The notes beneath the pieces are model-generated. The model had not been told where the DNA came from. It was given only the letters and a program-made list of their open reading frames with translations, and did no database searches. Position numbers and translations under genes: made by a program. A stretch of DNA of 57,354 nt from assembly GCA_963575745.1 (NCBI GenBank), contig CAUYUJ010000035.1:62001-119354 (forward strand). The letters run 5' to 3'. This stretch comes from Prorocentrum cordatum (lineage: Eukaryota). The number at the start of each line of letters is the position of its first letter. Position 1 is the first letter of the stretch. Positions 47,926 through 57,354 of the stretch are shown piece after piece.

Positions 47926-49734
47926 CTGCGGGCGGCGCGCGGCGGAGGAGGGGCCAAGAGCACGAGGAAGGAGAGGGGGGGGGAGGGGGGGGGGGGGGAG
48001 AGGGAGGGGCGAGGGGATGAGGAGAGGGGAGGGCGGAGGGAGTAGAAGGAGGGGAGGGAGGGGAGGGAGGACGGAGGGGAGGAGGGGAAGGGGAGGGAAG
48101 GGGAGGGGGGAGGAGGGGGGAGGGCGGCGGGAGGAGAAGGGGGGAGGCGGAGGAGGGGAGGAGGGTGGATGGGGCCAGGGCGGGAGGGAAGGAGGAGGGG
48201 GGGGGAAGGGCCTTCGCCCTCCGAGCTGGTGCGGGCCTCGCGGCGGTCCCAGACAGGGGGCTCAGGAAAGGCCGTCCTTCGGCGAGCCCGCGACGCGCTC
48301 GCGGAGAGGAGGAGAGGGGAGCGGGCAGCTCCAGACTGGACGGGGGGGAGCATTGCAACAGCAAGGGAAGCCGCCGCAATCACAGAGAAAGCCGCTGCAA
48401 TAGCAGAAGAAGCCATGGCAACAATTTGGGGCAACATATGGGGGGGTATCCGTGGACCAGTTCACTACGGTTTGAGCTGAGGTTCCTGGAAGCACGCCCG
48501 TTTGAAAAACCAGCTCCGCTGGACCGGAGGAGCCGGCCTAACCACTCGGCCATAAAAAAAAACAATCGGGTACCTAAGGGAACCCATAGGACACCTGAGG
48601 ACAACCGTGCGAAAATTAAGGGGAAACCTAGGACTCCGACGGAAAACAACAGGCAACCTAAACAACGCCGTCGGCTCACGAAGGGAGACCATACAAGACG
48701 GAGGGAAACCATAGGATGCTCGGGGATCCCTTTGATACCGAATCTCAACAAGGGCTCACTCGCAATATTCCTTGTTACGGATTCTTTACTGCTGCTGTCC
48801 TAACTGAAGCTTCCTCTGTGTGAGGATTCCCGATCAAAGATTCCTTAATCAGGAGCTGTTCGGCAATCGTTTCTCAGCCACAGGTTCCTTGGTACGGATT
48901 CCGTCGAAAGAACTCCTTAGTAATGTGTCCTTCAAGAAGGGCTCATTCGGCAATATTATCCCGGAAAGGATAATGCAGCAAGGTTTCTTCAATCAGGACT
49001 CCGTAGAAAAGATGCCGTAGTGAGGAATCCGAAACACTTTCCCTATTCGAGCTACCTTGATAAGGATTCCTGTGGTAACGTCTCCTTAGTACACAGGGGG
49101 GGCCTTAGCAATGGGTTCCTTACTCCGAATTCCTTAACATTGGGATTTCGTGGCCAGGGTTAAATGGTACATATTCCTCAATATTGATTCCTTCGGTACG
49201 GATTCATTAATAAAGACTCGAATGCCTTTGGAGAACAATTACCCTGTGACGTACCCACCTCACTTGCATCAAGTGACACGAGGAATTGGCCCAAACTTGC
49301 CAGGACAATGACAGTACCGGCGCCGTCATATGTTCTGCAAGCTACATGGGATGCGCTCCCGTGGCAGGATTCACAGGACAACGCCGACGAGGAGCGAGGG
49401 CCCAGGCTTGAGGAGAACGTGGGGGCGGGAACGAAGAGCAGGAGAAGGTCGCGCGGGGGGCCGAACCGTCAGCGCGGCAGCAGCAGAGGGAATGTGGCAG
49501 GGGACAGGGGACGACGACGAAAGTGACGGGAGGAGACCGAAGACTGTTGCTTTTGTCGGTAGTTCGCTGAAGATGCAGCGCTGCCTGCGCCATGTCGCTG
49601 CGGCGCTCGGAAAATTACTAAACCTGCTTGTAATTAATACAAGAAACGAACGAGGCCGAGCTCGGCCGCCAGCTTCTCTGCTTCCTTCCTGTCGACCTCG
49701 GAGAACTCGAAACAAGCCGCAGGTAACAGAAAAC

Positions 49735-50770
49735 GGCGTCACTCCGCTGGACCCCAAGGATGGCGAAGTCTCCTGGTGGACCGCGTAAGACTTCACTCCG
49801 CTAGACCCCCCAGCAGCCCCCGAACGTGGCGACAGTTTCGCAGGTCGCAGCCTCCCAGAGATGATGTCGAATCTGGGTCTGCGCAGTACGTCACTATGCT
49901 GGAGCCCCCAGCAGTTCTCAAAAGTGGCGACAGTTTCGTAGGTCTCAGCCCCCCAGGGATGGCGAGGTCTACTCTAAATTTGGGTGGTGCCTCACTCCGC
50001 CAGATCCCTCAGCAGCCCTCCAAACCCCCAGGGATGACGAGGTCTCATTTGAGTGTGGGTGGTGCCTCACTCCGCTGAACTTCCCAGCAGCCATCGAAAG
50101 TGGCGACTGTTTCGCAGATCTCAGCCCCCCAGGGACGGCGAGGTCAAATATGAGTCTGGCTGGTGCCTCACTCCGCTGACCCGCAGCAGCCCTTCACTCC
50201 GCTGGACTCCCCAGCAGGGCTCGAAGAGTGGCGACAATTTCGCAGATCGCCGCCTTTTGGGGATGGCGATGTCGAGTATGAGTCTGGGTGCTGCCTCGCT
50301 CCGCTGAACCCCTAAGCAGCCCTCGTAAGTGACGACAGTTTCGCAGATCGCAGCCCCCCAGGGATGGCGAGGTCTAATCTGATTCTGGGCGGTGCCTCGC
50401 TCCGCCGGACCCCCCAGTAGCATTCGAAAGTGGCGACGCTTTCGCAGATCGCAGCCCCCCAGGGATGGCAAGGTCTAATCTGAGTCTGGGTGGCGCCTCA
50501 CTCCGCTGGACCCCGCAGCAGCCCTCGAAAATGGCGACAGTCTCGCAGATCGCAGCTCATGGATGGCGAGGTCTCCTGGTAGTCCGCGAAAGACGTCACG
50601 CCGCTGCACGCCCCAGCAGCCGCCGAAAGTGGTGCGAGCTTTACAGATCGCAGCCCCCCAGGGATACCGAGGTCTCCTGGTGGTCCGCGTAAGACGTCGC
50701 TCCGCTGCACCCCCCAGCAGCCCCCAAAAGTGGCGACAGTTTCGCACATCTCCGCCCCCCAGGGGCGACC
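49735..50770 (+). repeat. Minisatellite array, ~100-bp unit
   Basis: AAAGTGGCGACAGTTTCGCAGATCGCAGCCCCCCAGGGATGGCGAGGTC..CACTCCGCTG; markers at 49826, 49924, 50329, 50430. Inverted relic at ~39500-39720. Confidence 0.85.
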
Positions 50771-53734
50771 AGGTAGGAAGCAAGCTGGCTGGCAGGAAGT
50801 AGCGAGGTAAGAAGCAGCAGGGAAGAGAGAAGATGGGGGCGGGAAGGAAGGTCGCGACCGCAGTGCTCTGTTCAAAACGAATACCCAACAGTAAGGTTGG
50901 GGGAAAAAAGGGTTCATGTCTTCAGTACGGATTCCTCAGACAAGGATTCCGCAGCCAAGATTCCTTACTGCTCAATCCTTCAGTAAAGGCTGAATGGCAA
51001 AGGTTCTGTGACATCCTCCGTTACTACACACTCTGAAAAACGGATTCCTTAGTATCAGTAAGAATACTCCGTATGGTGGTCTCCTCATGAGGAGCCCTTA
51101 TGGGCGAAGCCTCACCAAAGGAACCCTGACTGAGGACTCCGTAGTGGCAAAAAACAGTGACGTGGAATCGTTGCTGGGAAATCATAGTCCAGAGCCCTCA
51201 CGAATATCAGCACTACTATGGCTGCGGAATCCTCACAGATATCGCCAGTAAGAAACGTGACTAGGGAATCTGGGTTTCGAATTCACAGCCGCGAATTCAT
51301 GAACATAGACATCCCACTTAAGAAGCCATTACTCAATCCCACTGATTCAGTAATTCAGTAACGCCCACGAGCGGTTTTCTTTGAAACTAAGACATGCGAA
51401 TGGGGAAAAACAAGACACTCTTAGGACATAAATCTGATTCTGGGATTATCCAAGAAATCCCCACGTACTATTCAAAATAATCCAAATTTCGGGTCTCAAC
51501 CGAAGGGTTCCAGGAGCGCACCAACAGGGCCCCGAGACGCCCCCGAGAGTCCCAAGAAGGGCCAAGAGAGAGTCCCACGAAGAGCCACGAGCGCCCAAGA
51601 GGCCCCCAAGATGGTACACCAAGGGTCCTAGATGCCACACGATCGCTCCAAGACGCTCAAGATAGCCCCCAGACGCCCCACGAGGCTTTCAAGAGCCCGA
51701 GGGGGCCCCGAGCGGCAAAATTCATTGTTTTTCCTCAGGTTTTGGGGGGAGTTTGGCGTTTCCACCTTCTCGGCATCACGACGGCCCATGAGGCCCCAAC
51801 GATCGCCCTAAGAGGCCCGAGAGGCCTCCGACAAGGCCCCAAGACGGCCCAAGAGGATTCCAAGACGGCCCAAGAGGCCTCCGACACGGCCCAAGATGGC
51901 ACCAGGACAGCCCAAAGAGGAGGCCCAACAGCCCAAACGCCAGCGAGGGCACAATACGGGCCGGCGGAATGAACGAAGGGATTAAATAATCCAAATTTCG
52001 GAGTCTCAACCAAAGGGTCCTTAGCATAGAAAACCTACTTGAAGAATCCGTGCTACAGTAACATTCAAAAAGTAACCTTGTAATACAGGGTTCATACTAA
52101 TCCGTGCTCAACCATAAACCATGTCCAACAATGAGAAGGAGGAAACGCAGGCGGAGGAGGAGGAAGGAAGGACCATCGCTCACGGGAGAGGGCCGAACTC
52201 GCTTCACCCCATCCAATATGGCGCCGAGGGAACGGGGGGGTGGCGGAGGAGGCAAGGAGAGGAGGGGCGGGGGGGAAGAGGGGGGAGCGGGGGGGAGAGG
52301 GGGAAGAGAGGCGAGATGTTGTTGGTGTTTGTAACAGCGGTCAGAGCAAGCCTCTCGAAGCAAGAGATTGGACGCATGGAAAAAACGATCATGGAGAGGG
52401 GGGCGGAACGGGAAAGGGGGAGGAGGAGAGGAGGGGGGAGGAGGTGAGGGAAGGGGGGGAGGGAGAGAGGGGTCGCGGGAGGAAAGGAGAGGTGGGGGAA
52501 CGGGGCGGTGGTGAGGTGGGAGCGAAAACGGAATGGGGGCAAGCTTAGCGCACTCGCGCCACATCTGACACCCAACCCCGCCCGCCCGACCGGTCCGGTT
52601 GCGCTGGATCCGCTCCTGCCCGCCGACTGGAGCGCCCTTCCTGGAGGACCTCGATCTCACGTGGTAGTTGTAGCAATGGCGCGGCGCTTGATGTGCAGTC
52701 GAAGGATGTGCGGTCGAAAAAAGGGGGCCTTCTGTACAGTGGAGTAAGAGGGCGAGGAGGAGCAGACCGCGGAGAGGTGACGCGGGTCCCCGCATGGCCG
52801 AGCGCCTCCTCGCCTCGACGCGCAGCGGCGTCGGCAGGCGGCGGAAGAGGGCGAGGAGGAGGAGGCGGAGGAATTATTCAAGCCTCCGCGGCTACGTGCG
52901 GGTGTGAAAGCGTAAGCAACTCATGCGTGACGCCTCGTGCGCGCGGGCACGGGGACCGCGAACGCTGGAGCCAGAGGCCAGCGGCCACAAGCAGAGGGCC
53001 CGCGCGGGAGCCGCGCGCAGGCTCGATGCCGACAGAGCGCATGTGGAGACGAGGGACAAACTTCAAGCGCGCGCAACATGCTTCAGGCCTTTTTTCGATA
53101 TGCGTCCCCAGAGAACGGCACGCCACAATGAGCAGGAGGAGGCGGATGAACAGGGGGACAACGCGGGAGGAGGAGGAGGAGGTGTCGGTGGAAGAGAGGG
53201 AGCACACGGAACCCGAATGTAATATACACTCATACGTGTCTATATTTATATGTATACATATATATATATACAAGACTGCATTGGCGCATCACGCCATGCA
53301 CCTTGTTCCTTATGAGTTCGAATGCAGGCGGCGTGCGCGCGTGGGCGTGGTGCCAGCCACCGCCAAGTCGGAGTGGGGCAGGATCTTCTAAGCGGGGGCG
53401 ACTTGACAACGCCAGCTCTGGCCAGCTCAGGGCGTTTCTGTGCCCAGAGGCGCGAGGAAGTCTCAGGCGACTGGTTGGGGTTGCATGAGGCAGGGCATCC
53501 TCCTCCTCTTGCTCTTCCTCCGCATTTTCCTCCCCCCCCTTCCTCCTCTTCATCTTCATCATACTTCTGCTCTTCCCTCCTTTTCCTCGTTCCGCTTCCT
53601 TCTCCTCTCCCTTTCCTTTTCCTCTACTTATTCCTGCTTTTCTTCCACTTGCTATTTTCGGCATGCGCGCTGCTGGGCTGCCGGCTTCTTGCAGATGGCG
53701 CTCCTGTTGTTTCGTTTTTATTTCGCTTCCTGTT

Positions 53735-54720
53735 GTCGCTTCCGATTGTCTCTTGAGGCGTCTAAATGCCTCCAAGACGGCTCCAGATGAGTCCCCAGAC
53801 GAGCCCCAAAGAGACCCGAGGCTGGCGCAACTGGGCCCAGAGAGTGGGGTCCAAGGACGGACAAGTGTAGGAAAATCATTGGAAAAGCAAGGTTGTTGGT
53901 CTTCTCGCCTTGTCACTTCCGATTAAGTCTTGAGGCGCCCAGACAGCTCCAAGACGTCTACAAATGAGTCCCCAGGCGAGCCCCAAAGAGGCCCAAGGCT
54001 GGTGCAACAGGGCCCAGAGATGGCGCAACTCGGCCCGGAGAGTGGGGCCCAAGAGAGGAAAAATGTAGGACAACCATGGGAAAAACAAGGTTTTTGGTCT
54101 TCTCGCCTTGTCGCTTCCGATTGGCTCTTGAGGCGTCGAGACAGCTCCAAGACGTCTCCAACTGAGTCCCCTGACGAGCCCCAAAGAGGTCCCAGGCTGG
54201 CGCAACAGGGCCCGGAGAGAGGGAAAAACAGAGAAAACGCAATAGAAAAACAATGTTTTCGGCCGTCCCGCTTTTTCACTTCCGGTTGACTCGGGGGGCG
54301 TCCAGACGACCCCAGCACGGCCACAGGGAGGCGCAAGACAGGCTCGAGGATTCGCAAGTCTTTTGGGGGAGAGCGGGGGAAGGGGGCGCTCCTCGGCCTA
54401 TAGGGCCCAGAGAGGGGGGCCCAAAGTTGGACAAATGTCGGAAAATCCTTGGAAAAGCAAGGTTTTTGGTCTTCTCGCCTTGTCGCTTCCGATTGACTCT
54501 TGAGGCGTTCAGATGCCTCCAAGACGGCTCCAGATGAGGCCACAGACGAGCCCCAAAGAGGCCCAGGGATGGCGCAACAGGGCCCAGAGAGTGGGAAAAG
54601 CAAAGAAAACACACAAAAAAAAAAATGTTTTCGGCCTTCTCGCTTGCACACAATCGCTTGACTCGGGGGGCGTCAAGACGACCCCAGGATGGCCACAGCA
54701 AGGCGCAAGACAGGCCCGAG
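53735..54720 (+). repeat. Tandem repeat, ~180-200-bp unit
   Basis: TTCCGATT..TCTTGAGGCG..CTCCAAGACG..GAGCCCCAAAGAG..GGCGCAAC.GGGCCC at ~53740, 53917, 54116, 54487. Confidence 0.8.
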
Positions 54721-54775
54721 GAGGCGAAACTCGCTTGGGGTGGGGTGGGGTCCCTATAAAAATATAGAACTAGGA

Positions 54776-54828
54776 ATATAAACATATATATATATATATA
54801 CATATATATGCACATATTACAGATGCGT

Positions 54829-54861
<33 letters not shown>

Positions 54862-54945
54862 CGTATGTATGTATGTATGTATGTATGTATGTATGTATGT
54901 ATGTATGTATGTATGCATGTATATATGTACATATGTGTACGTATG
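54776..54945 (+). repeat. (TA)n / (TATG)n microsatellite
   Basis: Directly visible. Confidence 0.95.
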
Positions 54946-55238
54946 TACTAAAGTTGCCGATTCGTTTTTTTAAACAAAAAAAAATCATGCTTCAAAGCGG
55001 AGGAGAGGGAGCATGAGCAAGAGCAGAGAGGACTCGGGGAAGGCGGAGGAAGGGAAAGGATGGGCAATTGGCAGCGACGATGAGGGAACCATTCGATTCA
55101 GAAGCGCGGCCCGCGCCGGGGGCGAGAGCGCCGCTCTGCACGACGGGAGCAGGTCACCGATCCTGAAATATGGCCATCGCTGCAGCTGGAACGCCATGTT
55201 GAAGGATAGAATGCGTTCCGATTGGAACACACATATAC

Positions 55239-55270
<32 letters not shown>

Positions 55271-57354
55271 GTAGATATGGAGAGCAACGCTTTAAATCCT
55301 GTGTGTGTGTGTGAATGTGTGTAAATCATGTGCGGAAGTGGCGGGTGAACGGTGTGTGTAAATCATGTGCGGAAGGGGCGGGTGAACGGTGGGACTTTCA
55401 GGGGAGGCCAGAGAGTAGTACTCATATCAAATGCCTTCGGATGGGGGGAGAGGGGAGAAGGGTAGAGGGATGAGGGTGAAGCAGGGGGAGAGGGGAAGCC
55501 AAGATGAGGATGGGCGAGGTGAATGGGAAACTGCGACCAGTGCTAAAACGAGGAGGAGGACGAGGAGGAGGACGAGGATGAGGATGAGGAAGAAGCGGAG
55601 AACGAGGAGGAGGAGGAGGAGGACGCAGAACCCTCATTCTTCTCAGCCTCTCCTTCCATGATTCCCCCTCGCCCCCTCCTCCCCTCCTCCGTGCCTCCTC
55701 CCGCCTCCTCCGTGCATCCTCTCCTCCTCCTCGTCGTCGTCGTCCTCCTCCTCTTCCTTCTCTACATCCTCCTCCTCCTCCTCCTCCTCCTCCTCCTCCT
55801 CCTCGTCCCCATTCCCCATTCCCCCCTCTCCTGCCCTCCTCCGTGCCTCCTCCCGCCCTCTTCCCCGCCTCCCTCCTCCGCCCTTCCCCTCCCATCTCCT
55901 CGCCGCTTCCCGTCACACCAGCTCTCTCGCTTCCCCCGGTTCCCATCTCCCTGGAAGGGGCCCTGGGACACACAAACAAATAGCCACAAATAACAGGACT
56001 CCCTAGATTTTACCATATTTGTTCTGGGTTTTTGTCTTCCCCCCACTTCCCATATTTTCCCATATTTCCTTGGGAATCGACGATTCATTGTGCCTGTGTG
56101 TTTTTGTTCCTCCCACCTCCCCGACCCCCCCCCTCCCTTGCCCGCGCACTCTGCCCGTCAGCCGGCGGTGCGTACTGTCGGCGGGAGCGAGGGGGGAGAG
56201 GCGGGTGGCTGGAGGGGAAGGGGCGGCAGCAGGGGGGCGGGCAGTGGGAAGGCAGGAGGGGGACGGCGACGACGAGGACAAGGAGTCGGAGACAGGAGGG
56301 GAGAGGGAGTAGCAGGAAGACGAGGAAAAGGAAGAGAGGGACAGGTATGAGAAGGGAGACGTGAACAAAGACAAGGGGGGCACGTGTCCACGAGGAGCGA
56401 TCCGGCGCAAGCGAGTCCAGCTGCAAGATGATGGACGCGGTGGCGCTGCTTGTGAAGACGGCTGGATGAACGTGGAGGCGCCGCTGAAGAAGGTCGCGCG
56501 GAATAACGCGGTTCTGACGAAGGCGCCATCGGTGGGAGCGGTGCGGAAACTGCTGGGCATCAAGCGCTTCATCCTTAATCGATTATGTGCACACTCGCCC
56601 CACTTGCGTTCCACTACATCAACTACAAGACGTATAACAGATGTAGTCGTAGAAGAGGCTACTCGCTCGACGTATACATTGCAGCAAATCGAGTACTACT
56701 CGCCTGTTGGCATATGTCGGCATTATGCTGCTTCTGGTCGGACCGCCTTTGAATGGAATGCAACATTTGACCTGCAACAGCTTCAGCTACTTGCAGCTAG
56801 GATTGCTAGACTCATCCGTCTTCTTCTCTGAGCCTCTTCCCCTGCTTTCCAGCCAAGCACTGGTGGGATGGTCTTTCGTAGGGATGCCACCCTCGTGGAG
56901 TCCGCCTGCACCCACCCAGGCTTCACAAGCCCAAGAATTGGCCTGCCGTCTGCACGCACTGATTGGCACGATCCTGCAAAGCAGCGACTCCAATCGAAAA
57001 GCTTCGTTTTTCCCCTTTTCTCCCCCTCCTCCCCTCTCCCTCCGTCCTCCGTCCAACATCCTCGGTCCGCTGCCTTCCTTGCCTCCTCCCCCTGCATCCT
57101 CCACCCTCTCCCCTCCCCCCCTCCCTCCCTCACTCCCCCCTGCCTCCCCCCCTCCATCGTCCTCTCCTCCCTACCCTGCCTCCCTCCCTCCCTGCCCCCC
57201 CCCTATCCATCCCCTCCCTCCCCCCTGCCGTCCATGAATGCGGCCGTCGCGTGACCACGAGGAGCGCCAGACGGGGAGCGAAGTGAGCCTCTCCGGCAAC
57301 GGCGGGCCCTGGCCACGAGCGGGTTCCCCCGTGACCTGGGCCCGAGGAGCGGGC

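Overview
Eukaryotic, GC-rich, repeat-dominated DNA, inferred to be dinoflagellate nuclear DNA because it carries an exact 22-nt dinoflagellate spliced leader (DinoSL). The main feature is an apparently intact, full-length non-LTR retrotransposon on the minus strand (24819-31300). It has a perfect 16-bp target-site duplication and an A9 tail. ORF1 encodes a RanBP2-like Zn finger and a coiled coil; ORF2 encodes APE endonuclease - RT - CCHC - RNase H - Cys/His tail. Its first 22 nt, directly abutting the TSD, are the exact DinoSL, followed by a second, degenerate full-length SL copy. This indicates the element was reverse-transcribed from an SL trans-spliced RNA. The rest of the window is a mosaic of compound triplet microsatellites, minisatellite arrays (64, 75, 83, 89, ~100 and ~180-200 bp units), MITEs, a dispersed ~0.7-1 kb satellite-bearing element, and a few weakly supported exon-like islands. 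Almost all other ORF-track entries are low-complexity artefacts.
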